Source of the DNA: an uncultured Actinomycetota bacterium
GTDB lineage: Bacteria > Actinomycetota > Actinomycetes > Actinomycetales > CAWJMD01
DNA length: 64,000 nt
Direction of reading: 5' to 3'
NCBI GenBank assembly: GCA_963700925.1
Contig: OY969553.1
Location: forward strand, 2,252,459 to 2,316,458
A model generated the notes under the pieces. The model saw only the letters and a program-made list of their open reading frames with translations, searched no databases and was not told where the DNA came from. Shown piece by piece: positions 17,536 to 26,842 of the stretch. Position 1 is the stretch's first letter, and every line of letters begins with the position of its first letter. The position numbers and the translations under genes were made by a program.

Positions 17536-18984
17536 GTGGCGGTGGCGGGCGAGTCCGCGGCCGTCCCCGGTCTGGGGGCCGCGGCCTGGCACCCGCCGTG
17601 GTCGTTCGGCGCGGGTCCCGACTCGGGGGCTGTGGCCATCGCCCTCGCGATCGGTTACGTGCTGAGTGCGGCTGGGGTGATGCTCGGGCTGTGGGCCGTT
17701 GCCGGCGGCGCGCGCCTGTCGCGGCGTGCCGGGCTCGTGGCGTCCCTCGCGGTGTGCGCGGCGGTGCTGTGCGTGCCGCCGGTGGGGTCGGGCGACCACC
17801 TCAACTACGCGGCTTACGGACGGATCGCCGCCGCGGGTGACGACCCCTACGTCGAGCGCCCGACGTCGTGGCGCGACGGAACGGACCCGGTGGCCTCGGC
17901 GTCGCAGCCGCCCTGGGCGGGAACCCGTAGCGTGTACGGCCCGGTAGCGACTGCGGCACAGGCCATGTCGTCGCTCGTCGGGGGTGACTCGCTGCGGCTG
18001 ACGGTGTGGGTCTGGCAGCTCGTGGTCGTGTGTGCGTTCGCCGCCTGCGGATGGATGCTGACCAGGCTGGCGACCCGTGCCGGGCCAGACTCGCTCCTGG
18101 GCCCGATGCTGGGATCGGACCCGTCCGCCGCCAGAACGCGCGTGCTGGTGCTGTGGACCCTCAACCCGTTCGTGGTGGGCACCGCAGTGCTGGGCGCCCA
18201 CGTCGACGTGCTGGCCGTCGCGTTCGCCCTGGCCGCGGTCAGTCTGACCCGGCACGCGCCGCTGCTCGCAGGCGCCGCCGTCGGGGCAGCCGCCGCGGTC
18301 AAGCTGCCCTACGTGCTGGTAGCCATTGCGCTGTGCTGGGCCGTCCGGCACCTGGGTTGGAAGGGTCTGGGGCACGCCGCTCTCGGCATCGTCGGCGCGC
18401 TCGCGGTGTGGTTGCCGACGCACTGGTGGGCAGGTGACCACGTCTACGACCAGCTCGAGCGAGCGAGGTCGTTCGTGTCGCTGGCGACTCCGTGGCGCCC
18501 CCTTGTCGACTGGCTCGAGACCGACCTGCCGTCGGAGCCGGTGCGTGCCGCGGTGATGACCACCGCGGTGCCCCTCGCGCTGGTCGCGATGGCGGTGCTC
18601 ACAGCTCTGGTGCGGAGGCAGCCGGTGGCGGCGGGCGACGAGGTCACCGCCTCGGCTGCCCGGGCCATGCTCGTCGTCGTCGGTGGTTGGGTCCTGGTCG
18701 CGCCCTACGCGCTGCCCTGGTACGACGTCGGCATCTGGGCGCCGCTCGTCCTGATGGCGCCCTCCGTGCTCGACCAGGCGATGGTGGCCCGCTCAGCGAT
18801 CCTCGCGCTGGCCTACGTGCCGGGCAGGGTGGTGGGGCTGTCTCCGCAGGTCGAGGAGGTGACGCTCGGGTTCAGGACGCTGGTGGCGCCTTGGCTGATC
18901 GGACTGCTTCTGCTGGCGATGCTCGGCTTCGCCATGCGCAGCGTGCTGGTCGGGCGCTTTCGTCCTATCCGCCCGGTTCCGTAG
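17536..18984 (+). CDS. Polytopic membrane glycosyltransferase, MptB/DUF2029 (GT-C)-like
   Basis: Ten or more TM segments, with GDHLNYAAYGRIAAAGDDPY and SVYGPVATA loop motifs typical of polyprenol-phosphate-mannose-dependent mannosyltransferases. The start is uncertain: GTG 17536, or a non-ATG codon near 17467. The 17215 ATG overlaps the GT2 gene and is rejected. Confidence 0.65.
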   Translation: MAVAGESAAVPGLGAAAWHPPWSFGAGPDSGAVAIALAIGYVLSAAGVMLGLWAVAGGARLSRRAGLVASLAVCAAVLCVPPVGSGDHLNYAAYGRIAAAGDDPYVERPTSWRDGTDPVASASQPPWAGTRSVYGPVATAAQAMSSLVGGDSLRLTVWVWQLVVVCAFAACGWMLTRLATRAGPDSLLGPMLGSDPSAARTRVLVLWTLNPFVVGTAVLGAHVDVLAVAFALAAVSLTRHAPLLAGAAVGAAAAVKLPYVLVAIALCWAVRHLGWKGLGHAALGIVGALAVWLPTHWWAGDHVYDQLERARSFVSLATPWRPLVDWLETDLPSEPVRAAVMTTAVPLALVAMAVLTALVRRQPVAAGDEVTASAARAMLVVVGGWVLVAPYALPWYDVGIWAPLVLMAPSVLDQAMVARSAILALAYVPGRVVGLSPQVEEVTLGFRTLVAPWLIGLLLLAMLGFAMRSVLVGRFRPIRPVP

Positions 18985-18993
18985 GATCTATCG

Positions 18994-19752
18994 ATGACCA
19001 GCGACCGGACGGACGTGCCAGCGCGGGCGCTGCCGCGTCCGCGTCGGGTCGCCGCGATGGTCGCGGCGGTGGCGGTGGCCGTCGCTGCAGTTGTCGCGGT
19101 GGTATCGGGTCTCGGACCTTTCAGCGCCCCGGACACCGGTCGCCCCGCGGCCCTCGACGCCGCCCCGGTCTCACCTACCGGCCACACCGAGGGCGCGGCG
19201 CCCGTGGTCACGGCAGGGGCCGCCTCGGACCTCGCGGTCGCAGCGCTGCCTCCCCTCGTGGCCAAGGCCGAGCCGCCCCCGCGCGCCCCCAGGGTTTCGC
19301 GGTCTGAGGATCGCGAGCCCCCCTCGTCCGGCGAACCCGCCCCGGCTCCTTCGCAGCCGGCCCCGGGAGTGGGCTCGCTGGTCACCCAGGTGCTGGCCCT
19401 GGTCAACGTCGAGCGCGTGGCGGCGGGATGCGGCGCGCTGAGCAACGACAGCCGGCTGGCGTCGGCCGCGCTGGCGCACAGCCGTGACATGGCGGCCAAC
19501 GACTACTTCTCGCACGACAGCCAGGACGGCCGCTCGTTCGCCGACCGCATCAGCGCCGCGGGGTACTCGGGCGGCGCGATCGCCGAGAACATCGCGGCCG
19601 GGCAGTCGACGGCGACCGCCGTGGTCGCCGGCTGGATGGAGAGCGCCGGGCACCGCGCGAACATCCTCAACTGCGCGTACACCGACATGGGCCTGGGGTA
19701 CGCGACCGGTGGCTCGTTCGGCACCTACTGGACGCAGGACTTCGGCGGCTAG
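18994..19752 (+). CDS. CAP/SCP (PR-1-like, YkwD-like) domain protein with N-terminal membrane anchor
   Basis: NVERVAAGCGAL...LAHSRDMAANDYFSHDS...GENIAAGQ...AVVAGWMESAGHRANIL...GYATGG..YWTQDFGG. Confidence 0.85.
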   Translation: MTSDRTDVPARALPRPRRVAAMVAAVAVAVAAVVAVVSGLGPFSAPDTGRPAALDAAPVSPTGHTEGAAPVVTAGAASDLAVAALPPLVAKAEPPPRAPRVSRSEDREPPSSGEPAPAPSQPAPGVGSLVTQVLALVNVERVAAGCGALSNDSRLASAALAHSRDMAANDYFSHDSQDGRSFADRISAAGYSGGAIAENIAAGQSTATAVVAGWMESAGHRANILNCAYTDMGLGYATGGSFGTYWTQDFGG

Positions 19753-19759
19753 CAGGCGG

Positions 19760-20140
19760 TTAGAAGCCGTGGTGGACGGCCTCGACGTTGTTGCCGTCGG
19801 GGTCACGGAGGAAGACGCCGTAGTAGCCCTCGTGGTAGACGGGCCACTCCTTGGGCTCGTGCAGGACCTCGGAACCCGCTGCCACGGCGGCGTTGTGGAC
19901 CTCATCGACTGCGTCCCGGCTCGGCGCGGTGAACGCGACATGGACCTCGCGGCCGCTGCCCACGGTCACGGGCCCCAGCCAGAAGTGCGGGAAGCCGTCG
20001 GGCCCGCTGAGACCCACGACGGTGGCGCCATCGCGCTCGAACCGCATCGCTTCGCGCATCCCGATCGGCGCGAACACCGTCCGGTAGAAATCCGATGCTG
20101 CCTCGACGTCAGTGCACTGGATTGCGATGTGGTCCAACAT
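19760..20140 (-). CDS. VOC (glyoxalase/bleomycin-resistance/dioxygenase) family protein
   Basis: MLDHIAIQCTDVEAASDFYRTVF...HVAF...YGVFLRDPDGNNVEAV. Confidence 0.85.
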   Translation of the reverse strand: MLDHIAIQCTDVEAASDFYRTVFAPIGMREAMRFERDGATVVGLSGPDGFPHFWLGPVTVGSGREVHVAFTAPSRDAVDEVHNAAVAAGSEVLHEPKEWPVYHEGYYGVFLRDPDGNNVEAVHHGF

Positions 20141-20143
20141 CTT

Positions 20144-22432
20144 TCAGCCTCCTGGCAGGGACCGGCTCTCGGGTTTCTGTTGGGCGAGTATCTCGGACGG
20201 GGGAGCGCCCAGCGCCAAGCCGAGGCCGCCCTCGTCGTCGTCGGCCAGCTCGAGGGTGCGCACGCTCGCGGCGATCAGCAGCGGGATGGCCAGGGTCGCA
20301 CCGATCGCCGGCACCACCGTCCCGGAGTCGTTGACCGCGAACCCGATTCCCAGCATGACGAGCAGCGCGACCAGAGCGTGCCGGAGCGTCGGCGCCTCCT
20401 CGTAGGTGCGCTGCAGCGCCGGCGCGCCCCAGGCTGACGGCCGCATCAGCACCAGGCCGATGAAGACGGCGCCGAACGGCACCAGCACAGTCAGCCAGCT
20501 TCCGGTCAGAATCTCCCAGTTCTGCAACGCCTTTCGCTCGATCACTGGCATCGCGCCACCGTCGATCACCGACTGCACGAACCGACCGAAGTGGGTGCGT
20601 TCGGAGGCAGGCCGCAGCCAGTCGGCCACGCTCAGCAGCACGACGGCGACCGCCGTACCCGCACCGATCAGCATCACCTTGCGCCAGGTGACCCTGACGC
20701 CGGCGACCAGCAGGGTGAGCAACGTGAACGCGGGGATCATCGCGGGTGGGCCGCCGAAGTCGGAGCCGATGCCGGGCGTGCCGTCGATCACGGTGGCTAC
20801 CACGCCGATCGCAGCGACGACACCGACTGCGACCCGACGTCGTCCGCGCTTGAGCGCTGCGTCGGCCAGGGCACAGGCCAGCAGGAGCGCACCCGTTGCG
20901 AACAGTGCGAACTGGACGTTGCCGAGCCCGTAGAAGCGTCCGGCGACCACGGGCTGCTGGCCCATCAGCGACGAGATCTGCAGGGTCGAGCCGGTGGCGA
21001 CGTCCAGGGCCAGCACCCCGGACGTCATGCCGGCCACGAAGCCCATCGGGCCCAGGCGGCGGTCGCGCCACGGCCCGAGCAGCGCCACCGTGCTGACCAC
21101 CGCGACGGCCACGAGCACCGACCCCACGACGGCCGCGAGGTCGAACTCGGAGCGCCACCAGGGCACGAGGTTCGCGAGGAACGTCGACACGGGGACGGCA
21201 GCGAAGACGACGGCGATGCGCCGCAGGATGCCGAGCACGCGCCGCCGGCCGTCGATGCCGCCCCAGTTGTTCTTGAGCGCGAGCGCCGCGCCGCCGTAGA
21301 GCAGGATCTGGGCGATCACCAGGCCGTTGAAGAACCAGACGACCAGCGGCTGCACCGCCAGGGCTGCCTCGCTGAGGTCGATCAGGCTGCGGAACCGCTC
21401 GGTCGCGGACGCCTGGCCACCGCCTACGGGGAGCACGGTCGAGCCCGGCAGCCCCGAGGGGACATCAGCGCCGACGAGCTCGAGCACGGTGGGCATCAGG
21501 TCGGTGGCCTGCGTGAGCCCGTCCTGCCGCGTCGAGCGCGACCCCAGCATCGACGGGCCGTAGCGGTCGGCCGACGCGCTGCTCGGCGTGGGCCCGGTGG
21601 CTGCCACCAGCTGGAGGTGCGGGGTGTGCCCGGAGTCGGCGAGCGACGCGACGAGGAGGCTGGACGTTCCGGGCACCGTGTCCAGCACGACCCCGAGGCG
21701 CTCGTCGAGTCGCTGAACCTGGTCGGCGCGCTCGCCGCGGGCCTGATCGGGATCGGTCTCGGCGAGGTCCTCAGGGTCACGGACGCTGCCGAGGTCGACC
21801 ACCACCAGCTGGGCCGACTCCTGCGCCTCGGCGACCCTCTCTTCCAGGGCGGCGGGGTCAAGCGGGCGGGCGAAGTACTGGCCGTCGACGAGGCCGTCCT
21901 CACCTGACAGGGCGATCGCGGCGCCAGGGCCGATCGCGGCGACCTCGACCCCGGCTGCCCGCAGCGACTGGCCGAGCAGGCCCGGCTCGGCTTCGAAGCT
22001 GCCCTCCGCGGCGGTCTCGAGGTAGGTGGCCCACCGGTCGACGACAGCCGTCTCACCCCTGAAGGCCGGGTCGGTGATCGGACGGCACTGCGCGCCCGTC
22101 GCGCCGCGGGCCTCGTCGCCGGCGCGACGGCCCGCGGACAGGGCGAGCCAGCCGTCTACCGGACAGGCCGCGGTTCGCACGTTGCGGATCGAGATGTCGG
22201 CGACCGACCCGCGCTCCAGCAAGTTCCAGAGGTTCGGCGTCCGCTCGGGGTCGACGTCGTCCCATCGCAGGCCGGTGGTGCCGACGACGACGACCGGAGA
22301 CTCGGGGGCGGCAGTCGCCTGATGTGAGTGTGCGGGCGTCGGAAGCGCGACGACCCCGGCCAGCACGGTCAGCGCCAGCCCGAGGGCCGGGAGCAGGCGC
22401 CAGGACAGGGCACGGGTCACGGCTGCGGGCAC
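20144..22432 (-). CDS. Large membrane protein: extracytoplasmic alkaline-phosphatase-like N-domain plus polytopic C-terminal domain
   Basis: Signal anchor, then VVVVGTTGLRWDDVDPERTPNLWNL...TAACPVDGWLALSAG, then about 10 TM helices. The start was set to GTG at complement 22430-22432 to avoid overlap with the divergent gene. The function call is tentative. Confidence 0.6.
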   Translation of the reverse strand: MPAAVTRALSWRLLPALGLALTVLAGVVALPTPAHSHQATAAPESPVVVVGTTGLRWDDVDPERTPNLWNLLERGSVADISIRNVRTAACPVDGWLALSAGRRAGDEARGATGAQCRPITDPAFRGETAVVDRWATYLETAAEGSFEAEPGLLGQSLRAAGVEVAAIGPGAAIALSGEDGLVDGQYFARPLDPAALEERVAEAQESAQLVVVDLGSVRDPEDLAETDPDQARGERADQVQRLDERLGVVLDTVPGTSSLLVASLADSGHTPHLQLVAATGPTPSSASADRYGPSMLGSRSTRQDGLTQATDLMPTVLELVGADVPSGLPGSTVLPVGGGQASATERFRSLIDLSEAALAVQPLVVWFFNGLVIAQILLYGGAALALKNNWGGIDGRRRVLGILRRIAVVFAAVPVSTFLANLVPWWRSEFDLAAVVGSVLVAVAVVSTVALLGPWRDRRLGPMGFVAGMTSGVLALDVATGSTLQISSLMGQQPVVAGRFYGLGNVQFALFATGALLLACALADAALKRGRRRVAVGVVAAIGVVATVIDGTPGIGSDFGGPPAMIPAFTLLTLLVAGVRVTWRKVMLIGAGTAVAVVLLSVADWLRPASERTHFGRFVQSVIDGGAMPVIERKALQNWEILTGSWLTVLVPFGAVFIGLVLMRPSAWGAPALQRTYEEAPTLRHALVALLVMLGIGFAVNDSGTVVPAIGATLAIPLLIAASVRTLELADDDEGGLGLALGAPPSEILAQQKPESRSLPGG

Positions 22433-22524
22433 CCGGCCAGCGTAGTGAGCGGGTGCGACGTGGTTGTGGGCGACAGCAGCCGGGCCCGTGTCGTCCGCGC
22501 GGAGGTTGTGTGCAGACTGACCGC

Positions 22525-23484
22525 GTGAGCGCATCGACCGGTGAGCTGGACGCCGCCCGAGCTGCCGCGCAGGCGTTCGTCGACTCGCTGCCGGCGAGCC
22601 GGCGCGGCAGTGCCGTGTTCGCCTTCGACGACGACGAGCGGTTCCGGTGGCAGTACACCCCGGGTCGCCGGCGAGGCATCGCGTTGTCGGAGATGGACGC
22701 GGCGACCAGGCAACGGGCGATGGCGCTGATGGAGACCGGGCTCAGCGCGCGGGGCTACGCGACGGCGACGTCGATCATGGCGCTCGAGCCGATCCTGAGG
22801 GTGATCGAGCAGCGGGCGGGGCACCCTGGTTTCGAGCGACGCGACGCCGAGCACTACTGGTTCAGCGTCTTCGGCGACCCGTCGTCCGAGGCACCGTGGG
22901 CCTGGCGCGTCGGCGGGCATCACCTGTGCCTGCACTTCACGGTTGTTGATGGGGCGCTGTCTGTCACCCCGTTGTTCTTCGGGGCGAACCCTGCGCGCGT
23001 GCCGTCGGGAGAGCATCAGGGGCTTCGCGTGCTGGGACCGGAGGAGGACCTGGCACGCGCCTTCCTCGGGAGCCTGGACAACGGCCTCAGGTCGCAGGCT
23101 GTGGTCTCTGCTGATGCTCCTGACGACATCCTGACGAAGAACGCCGTGCGGGCTGAGATCGCCGCCGTGCCAACAGGTCTCGCGCGCTCGGTGCTGGACG
23201 CTGATGCGCGCCAAGCGCTCGACGCCCTGGTCGACCACTACCTGGGACGGGTTCGGTCGGAGGTCTCGGTCGACCGGGACGCCCTGACGTTCGCGTGGGC
23301 GGGCTCCACGACTGTCGGTGAGGGTCACTACTACGCGATCCGCGGCGACGAGTTCCTGGTCGAGTACGACAACACCCAGGACGGCGCCAACCACGTGCAC
23401 ACCGTCTGGCGTGACACCCGCCGTGACTGGGGTGACGACCTGCTCGCGGTGCACTACGCGCAGGCTCACAGGGCCCAGAGCTGA
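22525..23484 (+). CDS. DUF3500 family protein
   Basis: FRWQYTPG...GGHHLCLHFTVVDG...TPLFFGANP...HYYAIRGDEFLVEYDNTQDGANHVHTVWRD matches my memory of DUF3500 blocks. GTG start at 22525. Confidence 0.75.
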   Translation: MSASTGELDAARAAAQAFVDSLPASRRGSAVFAFDDDERFRWQYTPGRRRGIALSEMDAATRQRAMALMETGLSARGYATATSIMALEPILRVIEQRAGHPGFERRDAEHYWFSVFGDPSSEAPWAWRVGGHHLCLHFTVVDGALSVTPLFFGANPARVPSGEHQGLRVLGPEEDLARAFLGSLDNGLRSQAVVSADAPDDILTKNAVRAEIAAVPTGLARSVLDADARQALDALVDHYLGRVRSEVSVDRDALTFAWAGSTTVGEGHYYAIRGDEFLVEYDNTQDGANHVHTVWRDTRRDWGDDLLAVHYAQAHRAQS

Positions 23485-23745
23485 CTGGGTCGGCGCGGTT
23501 CGCTGTGTGAGCCCCGTCGCGAGGTCTCACGGATAGCACCATCACTCGCGTTGATGGGACACCTTGTGAGGTCTCGGTGGCGACATGCGGGTCGGGCGGC
23601 CGGGGGTCATGCGGCAGCGAGCGCCAAGGCGGTGTGCCGGGCAGCGGGTTTCGGTGTGCCGGGCCTGTGCACACCAGGGGGACAACGGCCCCGGATTCAG
23701 CCTCGGCGCGCCGAATCGTGGCTGGAGTCCCCCGGTTGTGCTCGC

Positions 23746-24348
23746 TCACGTGAAGACCTCGAACAGCGTCAGCCCGGCCAGGATCGCGCAGACACCGGCC
23801 GCGACGCGCTGGATCACGCCAAGCCGGATCCGTTGCAGCAGAGCGCGTCCGATCAGCGCGGCGACGCCCGAGATCAGCAGCAGGGCGAGCCAGGCGCCCA
23901 CGAACACGGAGACGGGGTCCTCGTAACGCACCACCAACCCCGCGGTGAAGAGCTGCGAGAGGTCGCCCCACTCGGCGAGCAGGAGCACACCGAAGCTGGT
24001 CGCAACGGCGGTGAAACCGCCGGCATCGGCCCGGATCTTTCCGGCGAACTCCTCCTCCGTCTCCGCCTCCTCGGCGTCAGCGGTACGGGCACTGCGCCAC
24101 AACAACACGGCGCCGACGGCGAACAGCAGCGCAGCAGCAAGCAGCACCGGAGTCCTCGGAAGCAGGGACAGCAGACCACCCGCCGTCACGGCGACCAGCG
24201 TGTGGACGGCGAACGCCGCACCCACGCCGATCCACACCAGGAGCGGCCGGAACCGGGTAGCCAGCACCAGCGTCGCGATGAACGTCTTGTCCGGTAGCTC
24301 GACCGGCAGCAGCACCACGAACGCGGTCAGGGCGACAGCGAGGCTCAA
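23746..24348 (-). CDS. UPF0016 (GDT1/TMEM165/MneA) family cation transporter
   Basis: Two copies of the family E-x-G-D-(K/R)-(S/T)-like motif (ELPDKTF and EWGDLSQ), each in a 3-TM half. The TTG start overlaps the larC stop (TTGA). Confidence 0.8.
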   Translation of the reverse strand: MSLAVALTAFVVLLPVELPDKTFIATLVLATRFRPLLVWIGVGAAFAVHTLVAVTAGGLLSLLPRTPVLLAAALLFAVGAVLLWRSARTADAEEAETEEEFAGKIRADAGGFTAVATSFGVLLLAEWGDLSQLFTAGLVVRYEDPVSVFVGAWLALLLISGVAALIGRALLQRIRLGVIQRVAAGVCAILAGLTLFEVFT

Positions 24349-25571
24349 CCGGCGGCCTCTCCCGGACTCGTTTGAGGCGCATCCCCCTCAACGGCAGCTG
24401 CCGCAACAGCCTGCGAGAGAACCACTTTCGCAGGATGCCCCAGCGCAGCAGCCGCTGCCGCGACATCGTCCCACTCTGGCTGCCGGTTCAGCACGCGCCC
24501 CTCCCACGACGCCACCTTCACCCGCACCGGGTGCCCGGAGACGTGCACGGTGACAGTCGCCCGGTCCAGAGCCTGCTTTCGGACGGGGTGCTCCCGCAGC
24601 CCGATCGCCGTGGTCTGGGAGAAGACGATCTCGCGCACCGCCTCTGAGCGGTCGGCGCCGACCAGCACGTGCAGAGTGTGAGCAGGCCGGCCCTTCTTCA
24701 TCAGGATCGGGGTCAGCCACGCATCCGAGGCTCCGGCGGCCAGCAGCGCGGTGATCACCGACGGCCACAGCCGCGGGTCGAGGTCGTCGACGTTCGTCTC
24801 GAGCACCACCGGAAGGTCGGGCTCAGGATCAGACTTCGTCCATGGCGAGCCCAGGACGAGTCGCAGCGCGTTGGCGTGGCCCTGCGGATCCCGTCCGCCC
24901 GCCCCGAAGGCCTGTCTCTCAACGGACATCAGCGGCTGGTGCCCCCAGGCCGTGACCAGGGTCCGCAGCAGCGCGGCACCCGTCGGCGTGGCGAGCTCGA
25001 GGTCGACCGGGCCGCCGTACGTCGGCATTCCGGCGAGCAGGCGGACGACGGCAGGCCCTGGCACGGCGATCCGGCCGTGCGCCGCCTCCACCGTGCCGCC
25101 CCCCAGCGCCACCGGTGAGGCGTGCAGCTCGTCGAGTCCGAGGAGCGCGAACCCCGCGCAGACACCGACCACGTCGGCGATCGCGTCGAGTGCGCCCACC
25201 TCGTGGAAGTGAACGTCCTCAGATTCAGTTCCGTGGACCGCCGCCTCGGCCTCAGCCAGAACCGTGAACGTCGCAACGGCCCGGTCGACACCGGGAACCT
25301 GCTGTGCAGCAGGCGTATTCAGTAGATCGCGGACGTCCGACCAGCGGCGATGCGTGGCCGAGTCACTCCCCTCCACGACAACACGCGTGGCGGCGATCGT
25401 GCCGCGCGAGACGGCCTCGACCCGCAGCACCATCGGCTGCGGCGTCACAGCGTCCACGGCCGACTGCAGGTCACCCACGGCGACCCCCGCGTCCACCAAC
25501 GCCCCGAGCAGCATGTCTCCCGACACCCCGCTCGACAGGTCCAGCCAACCAAGCGACGGTCGAGCGCTCAT
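24345..25571 (-). CDS. larC: Nickel-pincer cofactor biosynthesis protein LarC (nickel insertion)
   Basis: LGWLDLSSGVSGDMLLGALVDAGV and HFHEVGALDAIADVVG, the DUF111/LarC signatures. ATGA overlap with larB. Confidence 0.88.
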   Translation of the reverse strand: MSARPSLGWLDLSSGVSGDMLLGALVDAGVAVGDLQSAVDAVTPQPMVLRVEAVSRGTIAATRVVVEGSDSATHRRWSDVRDLLNTPAAQQVPGVDRAVATFTVLAEAEAAVHGTESEDVHFHEVGALDAIADVVGVCAGFALLGLDELHASPVALGGGTVEAAHGRIAVPGPAVVRLLAGMPTYGGPVDLELATPTGAALLRTLVTAWGHQPLMSVERQAFGAGGRDPQGHANALRLVLGSPWTKSDPEPDLPVVLETNVDDLDPRLWPSVITALLAAGASDAWLTPILMKKGRPAHTLHVLVGADRSEAVREIVFSQTTAIGLREHPVRKQALDRATVTVHVSGHPVRVKVASWEGRVLNRQPEWDDVAAAAAALGHPAKVVLSQAVAAAAVEGDAPQTSPGEAAG

Positions 25572-26320
25572 GGGCCGTTCCTTGCTACGACCGAGCGCCG
25601 CGCAACACGAGCCGCGTGAACCCCTGCGCCGTAACCGTTGTCGATGTTCACGACCACCACGCCCGGTGCACAGGAGTTCAGCATCGCCAGCACGGCCGCC
25701 AGACCTCCCGCTCCCGTGCCGTAACCCGTGGAGGTCGGCACTGCCACGAGCGGGACGCCCGTCAGTCCCCCGACCACACTGGGGAGGGCGCCCTCCATGC
25801 CGGCCACCACGACCAGGGCGTCGACGGCGTCGAGCGTGTCGCGGACGGCGAGCAGGCGGTGCAGCCCGGCGACCCCGACGTCGTCGATGCGTACGGCACT
25901 GGCCCCGTACACCGCGATGGTGACGGCAGCCTCAGCCGCGACGGGCGCGTCCGATGTGCCCGCCGCGACGACCGCCACCGTCCCGCGTGGCACGGGCAGC
26001 GGGCCGACGACGGCCGTGCGGGCGGTCGTGTCGATGACGGCACCGGGCACGCGGTCGGCCACGGCAGCGAGCGCATCGGCCCCGAGCCGCGTCGCCAACA
26101 CCGCCCGGCCGGGGTGCCGCTCCGCGAGAGCCGACAGGGCGCCGACCACCTGCTCGGGTGTTTTGCCGTGGCCGTACACGACCTCGGGGTCGCCCGTCCG
26201 CCGCACTCGGTCGGCGTCTAGGCGTGCGTAGCCGAGGTCGAGAACCCGGTCGTCGCCGTTGGAGCGGTCCACATCCGGAGCGTAGACGCCTCCGCGGGGG
26301 GGTCTGCGGATAGCCTCCAC
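25568..26320 (-). CDS. larB: Nickel-pincer cofactor biosynthesis protein LarB (AIR-carboxylase-like)
   Basis: GDPEVVYGHGKTPEQV...VAVVAAGTSDAPVAAEA...DVGVAGLHRL...VVVAGMEGALPSVVGGL...VAVPTSTGYG...VVVNIDNGYGAG. Only the last 250 codons or so of the 699-aa track ORF. Start is GTG 26320 or ATG 26356. Confidence 0.85.
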   Translation of the reverse strand: MEAIRRPPRGGVYAPDVDRSNGDDRVLDLGYARLDADRVRRTGDPEVVYGHGKTPEQVVGALSALAERHPGRAVLATRLGADALAAVADRVPGAVIDTTARTAVVGPLPVPRGTVAVVAAGTSDAPVAAEAAVTIAVYGASAVRIDDVGVAGLHRLLAVRDTLDAVDALVVVAGMEGALPSVVGGLTGVPLVAVPTSTGYGTGAGGLAAVLAMLNSCAPGVVVVNIDNGYGAGVHAARVARRSVVARNGP

Positions 26321-26344
26321 GCACGTCGTCGACCGAGGGGGAAC

Positions 26345-26779
26345 ATGGCCAGGCATCACTTCGGCAACAGCTACCGCCGGCGCGTCCGTCGCAACCGACG
26401 CGACCGGCGGCGCGGTGACAACGACGGCTGCGACCTGTCGGACGCCTGCGAGCTCGACTGCTGTGACTTCAACCTGCTGACGTTCTCGGCGCTCTTCTCG
26501 GTGGTCGTCGGCGCCTTGCGCGCCTCGGCCGTCGACCCTCACACCGACCTTCCGCCCAGCCGGGCAGGACGGCTGGCCGCACGTCTCGTCCGCTCGTACC
26601 AGCTCACCGTCTCGGCGAATCGAACCGCGCCGGTCTGCCCGTTGACCCCCAGCTGCTCGCGCTACTCGCTGATCGCGCTTTCGCGCCATGGAGCGCTGCG
26701 GGGAGGCTGGCTCACGGTGAGGCGACTGCGCCGATGCGGTCGGGTGGACGCCGGACCCGACCCGGTACCCGCCCGGTAG
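26345..26779 (+). CDS. YidD-like membrane protein insertion efficiency factor paralog with N-terminal extension
   Basis: LVRSYQLTVSANRTAPVCPLTPSCSRYSLIALSRHGALRGGWLTVRRLRRCGRVDAGPDPVP matches the YidD core (YQ..S...CRF.PSCS.Y...HG...G......R..RC.P...G.DPVP). The true start may lie downstream of 26345. Confidence 0.65.
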   Translation: MARHHFGNSYRRRVRRNRRDRRRGDNDGCDLSDACELDCCDFNLLTFSALFSVVVGALRASAVDPHTDLPPSRAGRLAARLVRSYQLTVSANRTAPVCPLTPSCSRYSLIALSRHGALRGGWLTVRRLRRCGRVDAGPDPVPAR

Positions 26780-26842
26780 GTTTCGAGCCGGACACTCGTC
26801 CGCGACACGACCGCACCACGACCTGCACGAGAGGACCCTCCG

